Origin: Dendrobates tinctorius
Lineage: Eukaryota
Direction of reading: 5' to 3'
Assembly (NCBI RefSeq): GCF_039654945.1
Contig: NW_027361696.1
Location: forward strand, 425-64,000
Length of the DNA: 63,576 nucleotides
Below, piece by piece: positions 16,111 to 28,046 of the stretch; position 1 is the stretch's first letter, and every line of letters begins with the position of its first letter. The translations under genes and the position numbers were made by a program. The notes under the pieces were generated by a model. The model did not search any database. It saw only the letters and a program-made list of their open reading frames with translations, and was not told where the DNA came from.

Positions 16111-17019
16111 CTAGGATTCCTTTGCAGGAGATCCTCTATGGGACCGCAGCCACTCGGTAGCCTCCGCCGGATCCGTGAAAAATACGGAGGAACCCCCATG
16201 GACAACCCGAAGCCGAGCTGGATAAATCATGGAGTATGCAATGTTCTTTTCCCTGAGCCGCTTCTTGATGTCAATGAACTGCGCACGTTGCTTCTGGAGT
16301 TCCATGGAGAAATCCGGGAAGATTGAGATCACGGCGTCGTTGAACTTGATGGGGCTCTTTTGTCGTGCGAGGCGTAGAATGGTGTCTCTATCTTTACAGT
16401 TGAGGAGACGTGCCAGGAAAGGTCTAGGTGGGGCTCCTGGAGGTAAAGGTTTGGTGGGGACTCTGTGGGCTCTCTCAACGGCGAACACTGAGGAGAATTC
16501 ATCTCCCAGAGAGGTCTTAAGCCAGCTTTCTAAGAATTGTTCAGGGTGTTGACCTTCAGAGCGCTCAGGCAGACGGATGACACGGATATTATTCCGCCGC
16601 ATTCTGTTTTCTAGGTCGTCTGCCTTTTGCCTCCAGGCGTTCGTAGATCCCGCTACTTTAGTTAACTTAGCCTCCATTGGCGTAATGGTGTCCTCCACCT
16701 GGGACACTCTCGCCTCCACCTCCATGATGCGCCCTCTCATGGCCTGCATGTCGTGACGGAGTCTCCCCACCTCGGTGTTGACTTCTTCTATTTTCTCCGT
16801 CAAGGATGGCCTAGTGAGGGAGAGAGCCTGCATCAGCTGTTCAGATGCCTGTTTAAGGGTCATTTCCTCCTGTTCAATCTCCTCTCCACTTCCTGAGGTA
16901 CGATTTTTACGCTGAGATTGCGAGGGGGCATTTCGTAAAGTGCGTGCACTCTCAGAAGGGTCGGATCTGGCAAATTCCTTCAACTTTTCTGCCGCTGTCG
17001 ATCCTTTAGATCGGTTCAT
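16111..17019 (-). CDS. L1 ORF1p (302 aa, open)
   Basis: Coiled coil followed by DLENRMRRNNIRV, ERAHR, PRP, IFPDFS and YPARL motifs. Confidence 0.92.
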   Translation of the reverse strand: MNRSKGSTAAEKLKEFARSDPSESARTLRNAPSQSQRKNRTSGSGEEIEQEEMTLKQASEQLMQALSLTRPSLTEKIEEVNTEVGRLRHDMQAMRGRIMEVEARVSQVEDTITPMEAKLTKVAGSTNAWRQKADDLENRMRRNNIRVIRLPERSEGQHPEQFLESWLKTSLGDEFSSVFAVERAHRVPTKPLPPGAPPRPFLARLLNCKDRDTILRLARQKSPIKFNDAVISIFPDFSMELQKQRAQFIDIKKRLREKNIAYSMIYPARLRVVHGGSSVFFTDPAEATEWLRSHRGSPAKES

Positions 17020-19222
17020 GATTAAGAGCCATGAAATACCACGGTATAGCTGATGTTATACAGTCCAGGAGTCTTCCTGCTGTAGTTATATATGCACAGT
17101 AGGAGCCACATTTATTAATTGCAGCCTGGGAGCAGAATCCGTATGGATACAGTCAGAATATCACCAAGGCTCCTATGGCAGGAGGGGGGAGGAACATCCA
17201 CCCTCATAGACAGCAGCAATGGGAGGGGGAGCAGTGTAGTGACACTAGCAGGCCAGCAGTTCAATTCACAGAAGAGGGAATCATGCGGGGCCCATTTTCC
17301 AGGGCAATCACAGCACTCCTCTTGAATCCTGCAGGATATGAGACGCTGCCCCAGCAACGCTGGAGACTGCACGCCGCGCTCCCTCTGATAGAGCGCGCGT
17401 CCAAGATGGCCGCCGCTCCCCACAGGCACCACTGCCTACCCCCATCTTCCAGGGCTCCTGCCCACCGGAGCCGTCCAGCGTCTCTCCTCTGAGCTCCCAG
17501 GGGGTCCTGACACCGGCGGGCACCAAGCGCTGCCAGGTCCTGTGCTCAATACAGGCGGTAAGCGCAGGATGTACTCAGGATTAATGTGAGCTCCTGCAGC
17601 GTGCGTCCTTCTCTCACCGCTGCATAGCCACGCCCCAAGTACCTCCTTATTGTGCATCTTGAAACATCCACACGCTGGGTTTCGGAGAGTCCAGTATTTC
17701 AGCTGATGTTGTATGTGGGTTTTTATTTGCATCCTGAACAATTTTCCTGGCAGTTGTGAACAAAATTTTTGTTGGTCTACCTGACTGTGGTTTTGTTTTT
17801 ACAGACCCCCTGATTTTCCATTTGTTAATCACAGTTTGAACGCTGCTACTGGCATTATCAATTCCTTGGATATCTTTTTGTATCCCTTTTCTGTTTTATA
17901 CAACTCAACTGCCTTTTCTCGTAGATCCGTTGACAATAATTTTGCTTTCCCCATGACAATCCACAAAAGTCAGTGGCTGGATGAAAGGTGCAAGAGTCTG
18001 TCTGGATCCCATAAACTCAATCAGCTTTTATGCACACACACTGATTAAAAGAAAACAGGTCACAAGTGAGGATGTTACCTTTAGTAGCCATTCAAACCCA
18101 TTTGTGTCAACTTCTGTGCATGTTATCAGGCCAGAATCACCAGGGTAGGTGAACTTTCGATCATTGTTATTTGGATGTTTTGGGTTGTCCTTATAATTTT
18201 AAAAGAGAAAACACAGTAGTCTGACAATAAATGGCTTCACCCAATCACTAACCATGAGTGGAGGAAAAGTTTTGGTGTTATCATTCATATTGTCTGAAAA
18301 ATGGCCAAAAAAGCAAAAATTCTTCCGGGGTATGTATACCTTTTGAGTACAACTGTATGTGTAATATATATAATATATATTCACATGACATGAGAATAAA
18401 TTCCTGACTAGGTGTAGGCAATTAATGGTCAACCAAAAGAATCAGCAGCCTTGACACGTATGCTGCTAATTGGGTGTTATTAGCTCATTTAATGAAAGGG
18501 GGTGTACTAATTAATAGCAGTATGGAGTTCATTAGTGACGTCAGTCATTCTGTGAAGAATCAGGTGTCGATTATGTCCCCTACGTAAAAAATGAGGCAGC
18601 AGATCTTGTATCTGCTGGATTTAGCCCTGGCTCAGTGAGTAAAATGGGTCGTTGCACCAAAGGAGAAAAAACTTTGATCAAGAAGTTGATTACAAAAGAA
18701 AAAAAAAACATAATGAGGTGCAGAAACTAGCTGAAAAGATTTCAAATACTTTAAACTGGCAACAAAACCCGAAATACGTGGTAGGAAAAGAAATCCTACC
18801 ATCAGCATAGATCACAGAATCACAAGCATGGCAGAGAAGCGTCCAGTGATCGGCTCCAGGAAGATCAGAGATCTTCAGTCACTGGTGAGTTCGGCAGCCA
18901 TCAGAAGACGCCTACGAGAAGAAAAGCTATCTGTAAGAAATTGTAAAGTGTCATTGCTGAGAGAAAGACGTGGTTAGAAGGTTACAGTGCGCCAAAGAAC
19001 AGAGAGCTTGTCCTCACTGGGTGTAAGGGCCGCAGACATGGTGAAACCACCCATAAACCCTGGATTCAGCCACAGGACACTGAAGACTGGAAACCATGGA
19101 GGTGCGAGCAAAGTGGTCTGGGGATGTTCCTCATACTATGGAGTTGGGTCCATTTATCGCAGACCAGGCACCGTGGACCAGTATGAATATATCGCAATAC
19201 TGGGAGAGGCCATGTTGTCTTA

Positions 19223-19511
19223 GGCCAGGTTCACATAGCGTTAACACAGCCCGTTCAACACATAGCGTTGACGGGCTGCGTTAACGCTGTAGCATAACGC
19301 GATATGCGTTATGCTATACCGCTAGCGCTGATGATTCATCAGGGCTAACGGTGATGGAGCCTCAGACGCTGCAGCCCGCGTCCGAGGTTCCGTCAGTGTT
19401 TGACGGCACATCGCGAACGAGTGCCGCTTTACGGCATACATCGCGATGCGTCACATAATGGGGGTCTATGGCAGCATTAACGGACTGCCTCAACGCAGTG
19501 TGACCCCAGCC
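19223..19511. mobile_element. PIF/Harbinger MITE
   Basis: ggccaggttcacatagcg...cgcagtgtgaccccagcc with TTA TSD. Confidence 0.8.
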
Positions 19512-19612
19512 TTATACTGAAAAAGAAATGCCCTTTAAATGGACAAAGACCCCAAGCACAGCAGCAAGCAGACAACATCCTGGGTGCAGACCAACAAGAC
19601 TGATGTTATTAA

Positions 19613-20004
19613 GGCTGGGTTCACACTGCGTTATAGGGCAATGCGCTGACGGATCCGTTACATAGCGGCACTAACGCTATTTAACGGGTCCGTTAACGCA
19701 CCCATTGGCCGCAATGATACTAACGCATGCCAAAATCGGCATTCGTTAGAAAGTATGCGTTAATTCATGACGCACCCTCGAACACGGCTTGCAGCGTTTT
19801 TGGGTGCGTTGGCAGTAACGCACAGCGAACTGACCCGTTCGCTGTTCATAGAACTGTATGGGCTAACGCTAGGTAGCGCATGGTATCTTGGCGCTACCTA
19901 GCTTTAACGCATACCGTTAGCTCTAGGTCACTAAAGATGACAAAAATGACATCAGCGTTAGCGCATCCGTTAAACGGATGCCCTGACGCAATGTGAACCT
20001 AGCC
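19613..20004. mobile_element. PIF/Harbinger MITE
   Basis: ggctgggttcacactgcg...cgcaatgtgaacctagcc with TAA TSD. Confidence 0.85.
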
Positions 20005-20272
20005 TAAGAGGTTGTCCGGTCCCCGGAGCTCAGCTCGGTTCCCAGGGCTCAGCCCAATGGAGAATTTGTACAGCAACATCAGAAATGAAAAAGACCTGTG
20101 GGACATTGTCCAGTCAACGTGGGCTGAATATCTCTCTGCCGGGTCCGATGTTAGGTGACTCCATGCCGCACAGATGTAAAGCCTTTCAGAAACAAAGGTC
20201 ATAAAACGAAATATTAGATCAGAGAATAACAGGAAAACTAAGTTTGGACTAGATCTCCGTTTATCCTTGTAA

Positions 20273-20645
20273 GGTCGGGTGCACACAATCCGGAACTAGC
20301 AGAGCTTTGGATGTTTGCTGCATCTAAAGCGCTGCCGTCTATTGAATGCAGGTGAATCCTCTGTGATCACTGAACCGTGCAGCTTCACCGCGTTCAATAC
20401 ATTGTATTGATGTAATTTCTGTAGCACAGACTAGCGTCTCCACAAGAGAAATTGACATGCGGCGGTCTTGGAAATTGCTCCACATGTCCATCTCCGCGGG
20501 TGAGCCGTGGGCACAGTCGCATAGTGGATATGATTTTTCTAGGAATCCCGTCCACTGTGCTGGAACATCGCGACGTTGCAGATTGGACGCTGCATAAATC
20601 CGCAGCTTCAAACCCACAGAAAATCCTGAACTTGGCCACGTACCC
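20273..20645. mobile_element. Degenerate Harbinger-like MITE related to 4787-5124
   Basis: Shares its internal sequence (ccgtctattgaa...gatcactgaacc...acaagagaaattg...gaaatcccrtccact). TAA flanks. Confidence 0.65.
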
Positions 20646-20789
20646 TAAAGATTCACGTCTGTAAAAAACAATGCAGACACTACCATTACCTGAGCAGACC
20701 ATTATAACTTTTTCTTCATTTTCAATTTATACATTGATATTATGTTCCTGTTTTTCATTTGTAGTTGAATAAGCTGCTCATGGTGCCTC

Positions 20790-20955
20790 TGTGTATAGGG
20801 AATAATTGTGATTATACTGTATATGGAGATAACTGTGATTATACTGTGTATGGGGATAACAGCCGTTATACTGTGTATGGGGAATAAATGTGATTATACT
20901 GTGTACGGGGAAAACGGCTGTTGTACTGTATATGGAGATAACTGCGATTATGGGG
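20790..20955 (+). repeat. ~29-bp tandem repeat (gataactgtgattatactgtgtatggg)
   Basis: About 6 visible units. Confidence 0.8.
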
Positions 20956-22194
20956 ATTCAGCTTCTTTTCACTTGTTGTAAACACTGCTATCATCTTTAG
21001 ATACCTAAATTCTGGCTGCGGCGGACCTCATTCAGAAGCCCCCAGCAGTCGTACACATCACTATCTTTCTACCCTGCAGTACAGCACGTCATATGTGATG
21101 GCGACTTGTCTCATCACTCGCCATCACCATAAACGTTGTTCCCGTCGTCCTGTCTATACAACTTAATACGATTCCTTTCTATAGCGCCAATGTATTGTCC
21201 ATACATTGACATGTTGTAACCTCAGTGTCAGGGCTGCCCCTGCTGACGGTGACTGTGACCAATCATTGTTCCGTCCAGGACGGCAATTGTGCTGCAGGTG
21301 CCATCCTCACAGTGCGAAGGTTGGAACGTTGAGAGCCCCCTGGTGGAGTGAGGTCTCTTCTCTGACGTTTTGGTCTTTGGAGGAGGCATTGTGCGGATGG
21401 AGTCTGGGTACTGGATGTCCGCCACTTCCCTGGTTCGCAGGATATCCATCGTGTCATTAGTTGGGTTGCGTTGAGCAATAATCAGACCACAGTTTGGAAC
21501 ATAATCTAGGGGGAGATACACGTCTCGTACATCAAGTGAAACCAGGACATGGAGTCCTGACAGAGCGGATGGAGTCCGACAGAAGTGGCAGAGCCGAACA
21601 TTTTTTTAGTGATTTGTAGGACAAGGATCAGGCAGAAATAAACTTCCTTTAGGCTAATGAGCAGGAATCAGGACAAAACTGTCCATGGAGTAAACGCAAG
21701 GCTGACCTAAAGCAAGCGAGATCAAGGCCAGGACTGGTTGTGTGTGGTGATCACTTCTCTGACCCCGATGTCCCCCACTGTGTCCCCCAACCCTAATTTG
21801 GAGTATCTGCATTCATATGCACGATCTGTGGCATGTTCCGGATGGTCAAGATTAGGCTGACCCCCACATGTCTTATGTTTGAGGAGTCTGGGTCCAACTT
21901 TGATGAAAGGAAGACGGGCCAGCCTGGGGAGGACTGGTCCACAGAGCACTTCGAGGAGGAGTGGGAAGATGGCACTCTGCTCTGATATGCTCAGATAGAG
22001 TGGAAGATACTCTGTAATGTAATAGATCGTACAAAGCTCCACATCCACTTCTATGAGGAGCAGGGACATGATCCTCAGCGGAGGACAATTCTTGTGCAGA
22101 AGAGCAGACACCTGAGACGGAAGGAGCCTGGATGTAGAGAAAACCAGAGCTTAAATGTGGAATCTGTATGTAAGGCACTGTGGAAAATGTAATG

Positions 22195-22405
22195 GTGCTA
22201 TATAGAAGTCATCATCACTGTCCCATTGGGGCACAATCCACGTTTCTTATCTTTATTCGGAGTGTGGGAGAAAACTGGAGGAAACCTATGCATGTATGGG
22301 GCTAACATAAACTCATTTAAGACGTTGTCCGGTTGTCCTAGGTGGGATTTGAACACAAGACCCCAGCACAGCAAACCGTGCTAACCACTGAGACACTGTG
22401 CTTTC
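22195..22405 (-). mobile_element. Degenerate V-SINE including its tRNA-derived head
   Basis: ggagtgtgggagaaaactggaggaaacc core, B-box-like gggatttgaac, A-box-like gtgctaaccactgag. Confidence 0.65.
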
Positions 22406-24256
22406 CTACATATATTATATATAGAACAGTGCTAACCACTGAGCTACTGTGCTTCCTAATACACTGCTCAAAAAAATAAAGGGAACACTTAAACAACAGA
22501 ATATAACTCCAAGTAAATCAAACTTCTGTGAAATCAAACTGTCCACTTAGGAAGCAACACTGATTGACATTCAATTTCACATGCTGTTATGCAAATGGAA
22601 TAGACAACAGATGGAAATTATTGGCAATTATCAAGACACCCTCAGTAAAGGAGTGGCTCTGCAGGTGGGGACCACAGACCACAACTCTACAACCCACACA
22701 AGTGGCTCAGGTAGTGCAGCTGACCAGGATGGCACATCAATGCAAGCTGTGGCAAGAAGGTTTGCTGTGTCTGTCAGCGTAGTGTCCAGAGGCTGGAGGC
22801 ACTACCAGGAGACACCAGAACCACTCCTTTATTGAGTGTGTCTTGATAATTGCCAATTTCCATATGTTGTGTATTCCATTTGCACAACAGCATGTGAAAT
22901 TGATTGACAATCAGTGTTGCTTCCAAAGTGGACAGTTTGATTTCACAGATGTTTGATTTACTTGGCGTTATATTCTGTTGTTTGTGTTCCCTTTATTTTT
23001 TTGAGCAGTGTATATAGAACAGTGCTATCCACTCAGCTACTGTGCTTCTTATATATAGAATAGTGCTAGCCAGTGCCACTGTGCTTCCCTATATATAGTA
23101 CAGTGCTAACAACTAAACCCCGTTCTTCCCCATATATAGAAGTGCTAACCAATGAGCCACCGTGCTGCGCTATATACAGTACTAACCACTGACCCACTGT
23201 GCTTCCCTATATATAGAACAGTGCTAACCACTGAGCCACCGTGCTGCATTATATACAGTACAGTGCCTTACATCGAGCCACTGTGCTACCCAATATACAG
23301 TAATGCTTTACACCGAGCCACACTGCTACCTTATATACAGTACAGTGGTAATCACTGAGCTAGCGTTTTGCCCTATATACAGTACAATTCTAACCACTAA
23401 ACAACTGCGCTTCCCCATATATAGAAGTGCTAACCACTGAGCCACCGTGCTGCCCTATATAGTAGTCCTAACCAGAGCCATTGTGCTGCCCTATATACAG
23501 TACAGTGCCTTACACTGTGCTGCCTATATACAGTACAGTGCTAACCACTGAGCCACTGTGCTGCCCTATATATAGTATAGTCCTAACCACTGAGCCAACA
23601 TGTTGCCCTATGTACAGTGCCTTACACCGAGCTACCCGATATACAGTAGTGCTTTACACAGCTATGTTGCCCTATATACAGTACAGTGCCTTACACTGAT
23701 CCACCATGCTGCCCTACATACAGTACAGTGCTGAGCCACCATGCTGCCCTATATACAGTACAGTGCTTTACATCGAGTCACTATTCTGCCTTATATACAG
23801 TACAGTGCCTTAGATTGAGCCACCGTGCTGCCCTATATACAGTACAGTGCTAACCACTGAGCCACTGTGCTGCCCTATATGTAGTATAGTCCTAACCACT
23901 GAGCCAACATGTTGCCCTATATACAGTACAGTGCCTTACACCGAGCTACCCGACATACAGTACAGTGCTTTACACTGAGCCACATTGCCCTATATACAGT
24001 ACAGTGCCTTACACTGAACCACCATGCTGCCCTATATACAGTACAGTGCTAACAGCCACCGTGCCTCCCTATATACAGTACTTTATATCGAGCCACTATG
24101 CTGCCTTATATACAGTACAGTGCCTTACACTGAGCCATCGTGCTGCCCTATATGCAGTACAGTGCTAACCACTGAGCCACCGTGTTGCCCTATATACAGT
24201 GCTAACCACTGAGCTACTGCTGCCCTATATACAGTACAGTGCTAGCCACTGAGCTG
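22375..24256 (-). repeat. ~40-42 bp minisatellite built from the SINE 5' end (cagtgctaaccactgagccaccgtgctgccctatatacagta)
   Basis: Dozens of degenerate units, interrupted by the Tc1 MITE at 22462-23010. Confidence 0.9.
22462..23010. mobile_element. 549-bp palindromic Tc1-derived MITE
   Basis: TA-flanked cactgctcaaaaaaataaagggaacac termini with ~200-bp inverted arms. The centre carries a transposase N-terminal remnant. Confidence 0.9.
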
Positions 24257-24776
24257 ACCATCTGTATAAGGAAATTGGTGATAAAAGGTCTACTGATCGT
24301 CCTCCACAACAGACATCTGGATCTGGGTGAGGAGGCTACAGAGCATCGCTCTGAGCGCAGGGGCTGAATATGGTGGACAAGGAGATTAGAGCACAGATCT
24401 CCCCTGAAGATGCAGCATATTCTGAGATGTCGGGCTACACAGGAGGAACCGCCGGAACACCAGGCAGAACCTTGTCGTGGCTGCCCAGACTCTTCTGTCG
24501 ATCATGTCTGTATGACTTTGGGTTTGCATTCTCATTTGTCGCAGACATTTCCCACTCCCCACTCTGCCGAATGTGGCAGTCAGTCCCCGGTATATTACTA
24601 GGCGGCTGTGGATGTGGGGTCTAGGTGAGCCGAGTGACGTCCCCCATGTGAGCTGCAATGGCGACAATATTGGTATATAAAGTCTGCATTAAACTTGAGA
24701 AACCCGACTACCGCCTTCCCCTCCCCCAAACCGATGACCTTACCTGATTTTTAACGTCTCCACGTTCCCATTTTAG

Positions 24777-25456
24777 GTCAAACACATGGTCAAACCTACG
24801 AAGCGGAGGAGTCATATGAGGCCAGAGGTCAGTTTCTGCCATTTTTCCTTGAGGACCCCAGAACGGACAGGTCTACACAGACTGATCGAGAACATGGTGT
24901 CCTGCTGTCTGCACTTCCCATGATGCCTCAGTCTACGGATCCACCACGCACCAACTGTTACCAAAAATCATTTCCACACCCATCACTCAACCGCAGTCAT
25001 GGACGTTGGGTGCTGGAGGAGCAGCTCAGGAGCTTCACGGCTGCACAGGAAGGATTGCGGAAAGTGATAATGACCAAGGTGAATGCATTACACTTGGACT
25101 TGTGTCAACTCACCACCGGCGCGGACAGGAACAGCACCGTGTTCAGGAAGATCTTAAAAGTGGAGACGGAGAGAAATCATCTGCTCGCTCACATGAACAC
25201 CAACATCAGCAAACTGACCGCAAGCTTACACCTCCTAGCAATCCAGCAGAGCACCGACCAGAGGGAGGCACAAGCCTTGTGTGACCAGGAGGGGGCAGCA
25301 CCCGAGGAAACGACAGCCAGACTGTCAGATGCCTCCATCCCGTTACCTCGTCCTTCCCAGTACCACTACTCAATGCGGGCAAGAACAGCTCCACCTACTG
25401 CCTTAAACTATAGCTCAGACTTAAGACCAAAACCTGCGAAGAGAGGACGGAAATAA
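24777..25456 (+). CDS. Open exon-like ORF (225 codons, coiled-coil-like with basic C-terminus), possibly from a Harbinger Myb/SANT-type gene
   Basis: Acceptor cgttcccattttag. The frame is open from 24779 through the 24920-25456 ORF, and AATAAA overlaps the stop. An upstream degenerate segment at 24313-24464 reads GSG*GG...LNMVDKEIRAQISPE. Confidence 0.4.
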
Positions 25457-25585
25457 AAGCATCATTAACTTAGTTAAAACTTTTTTCTATTAATAGTAAA
25501 ATATGAAATTTTTTAGTCTCTGGTTATTAAAAGGTTTAATAATAAATCTTTGATTATTTCATCAACTAACATTACAGAGAGAAAT

Positions 25586-27650
25586 GGAGCTGCACTCTAT
25601 TCTGCTGGTGTAGTCACTGTGTACATACATTACTGATCCTGAGTTACATCCTGTATTATACTCCAGAGCTGCACTCACTATTCTGCTGGTGCAGTCACTG
25701 TGTACATACACTGCTCAAAAAAATAAAGGGAACACTAAAATACCACATCCTAGATATCTCTGAATGAAATATTCCAGTAGCAAATTTTTATTCATTCCAT
25801 AGTGGAATGTGTTCAGAACAATAAAACATACCAACTATCCATGTAAATCAAAATGAATATCCCATGGAGGTCTGGATTTGGAATGATACTCAAAATCAAA
25901 GTGGAAAATCAAATTACAGGCTGATCCAACTTCAGTGGAAATGCCTCATGACAAGGAAAAGATGCTCCGTATTGTGTATGGCCTCCACGTGTCTGTATGA
26001 CCTCCCTACTGTACAATGCCTGGGCATGCTCCTGATGAGGCACCGCAGATGGTCTGAGGGATCTCCTCCCAGACCTGGACTAAAGCATCCGCCAACTCCT
26101 GGACAGTCTGTGGTGTGGTGCAACGTGACGTTGGTGGATGGAGCAAGACATGATGTCCCAGATGTGCTCAATCGGATTCAAGTCTGGGGAACGGGCGGGC
26201 CAGTCCATAGCTTCAATGCCTTCATCTTGTAGTTACTGCTGACACACTCCAGCCACATGAGGTCTGGCATTGTCCTGCATTAGGAGGAACCCAGGGCCAG
26301 CGCACCAGCATATGGTCTCACAAGGGGTCTGAGGATCACATCTTGGTACCTAATGGCAGTCAGGCAAGCACATGGAGGGCTGTGCGGCCCTCCAAAGACA
26401 TGCCACCCCACCCCATTACTGACCCACTGCCAAACCGGTCCTGTTGAAGGATGTTGCAGGCAGATCGCTCTCCACGGTATCTCCAGACTGTCACATGTGG
26501 TCAGTGTGAGCCTGCTTTCATCTGTGAAGAGCACAGGGCACCAGTGGCGAATTTGCCAATCCTGGTGTCTGTGGCAAATGCCAAGCGTCCTGCCCAGTGT
26601 TGGGCTGTGAGCACAACCCCCATTTGTGGACGTCGCACCCTCAGGGCATCTTCATGAAGTCGGTTTCTAACCGTTGGTGCAAACACATGCACATTTGTGG
26701 CCTGCTAGAGGTCATTTTGCAGGGCTCTGGCAGTGCTCCTCCTGTTCCTCCTTGCACAAAGGCAGAGGTAGCGGTCCTGCTGCAGGGTTGTTGCCCTCCT
26801 ACGGCTCCCTCCACATCTGGTGTACTGGCCTGTCTCCTGGTAGCGCCTCTGGACACTACGCTGACAGACACAGCAAACCTTGCCACAGTTCGCATTGATG
26901 TGCCATCCTGGATGAGCTGCACTACCTGAGCCACTTGTGTGGGTTGTAGAGTTCATCTCATGCTACCACGAGTGTGAAAGCACAGCCAACATTCAAAAGT
27001 GACCAAAACATCAGCCATAAAGCATTGGTACTGAGATGTGGTCTGTGGTCCCCACCTGCAGAACCATGCCTTTATTGACGGGTGTCTTGATAATTGCCAA
27101 TAATTTCCATCTGTTGTCTATTCCATTTGCACAACAGCATGTGAAATTGATTGTCAATCAGTGTTGCTTCCTAAGTGGACAGTTTGATTTTTACAGAAGT
27201 TTGATTTACTTGGAGTTATATTCTGTTGTTTAAGTGTTCCCTTTATTTTTTTGAGCAGTGTACATTACTGATCCTGAGTTACATCCTGTATTATACCCCA
27301 GAGCTGCACTCACTATTCTGCTGGTGCAGTCACTGTGTACATACTGTACATTACTGATCCTGAGTTACACCCTGTATTATACCCCAGAGCTGCACTCACT
27401 GTTCTGCTGGTGCAGTCACTGTGTGCATACATTACTGATCCTGTACTGACCCTGAGTTACATCCTGTATTATACTCTAGAGCTGCACTCACTATTCTGCT
27501 GGTGCAGTCACTGTGTATATACATTACTGATCCTGAGTTACATACTGTAATATACTCCAGAGCTGCACTCACTATTCTGCTGTAGTCACTGTGTACATAC
27601 ATTACTGATCATGAGTTACAGCCAGTATTATATCCCAGAGCTGAACTCAA
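25586..27650 (+). repeat. ~80-bp satellite-like repeat (gagctgcactcactattctgctggtgcagtcactgtgtacatacattactgatcctgagttacatcctgtattatactcca), split by a Tc1
   Basis: Units at 25586-25708 and 27261-27650. Same family on the minus strand at 51950-52290. Confidence 0.88.
25709..27260 (-). mobile_element. Degenerate DD34E Tc1-like transposon
   Basis: TA-flanked ~27-bp TIRs. LFTDESR, and QDNARPH...[15 protein letters not shown] with 34-residue D-E spacing. Contains stops and frameshifts. Confidence 0.92.
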
Positions 27651-28032
27651 ATTGCTTGGAGTCTTGCTGCTGCCCCTTCACAGCTCAGTATATTTGGGGT
27701 GTAAGGGGACATGTGGAGACCTTACACCACCGGCACCTGTTCTTTGTGGTCAGACTATCTCTGGCCCCGAGCATTGATGATCAGTGCTCTAGAGCACTTG
27801 TACTCCTCACTTTAAAATAAATATTCCCCTCTGAGCAGGTTTTGCTGTTATCGGCATTAAAGGGAGCGGCGAGTTTCACGTGTGGGATGAATACCGCAGA
27901 TTCATTATCCCATCTGTTAGGATGAGACTTGTGCATTAGTCAGACACCATTTCTTAATTTAATTGGTAAAGCTCCCAGAAGTGGCGCTGAGGGTCATCTG
28001 TGCAGGATAGTGACTCTCGTTCTCTCTTACAG

Positions 28033-28046
28033 GTAGCAGTAAATGA
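28033..28046 (+). CDS. FAM118B: Probable FAM118B terminal coding exon (G-S-S-K-stop) followed by 3' UTR
   Basis: Strong acceptor ctctcgttctctcttacag. Phase-1 GT AGC AGT AAA TGA resembles the short mammalian GCST* ending. AATAAA at 28709-28714. Confidence 0.6.

Larger units (their letters stand above)
11791..17636 (-). mobile_element. Full-length L1-clade LINE (5.85 kb)
   Basis: 17-bp TSD aagtacctccttattgt (11774-11790 and 17637-17653), GGGGCGTGG 5' end, AATAAA plus A-tail, ORF1 and a broken ORF2. Confidence 0.95.
10032..18355 (-). mobile_element. Tc1-like transposon, disrupted by a solo LTR and an L1
   Basis: TA-flanked long TIRs (cagttgtgctcaaaagtt...ttttgagtacaactg). Transposase fragments at ~17650-17955, 11298-11775 and 10249-10452 (GRP, ARRKP, SDET, QHDN, EWPSQSP|DLN). 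Confidence 0.92.
18420..20230 (+). mobile_element. Highly degenerate Tc1-like element carrying two MITEs
   Basis: Remnant HGG..VWGC, KDPKH and ..SPGLSPMENL motifs across frames. Boundaries approximate. Confidence 0.6.

Noticed and set aside
22330-22405. tRNA gene
   Set aside because: The A/B-box-like motifs belong to a degenerate SINE head and no cloverleaf is evident.
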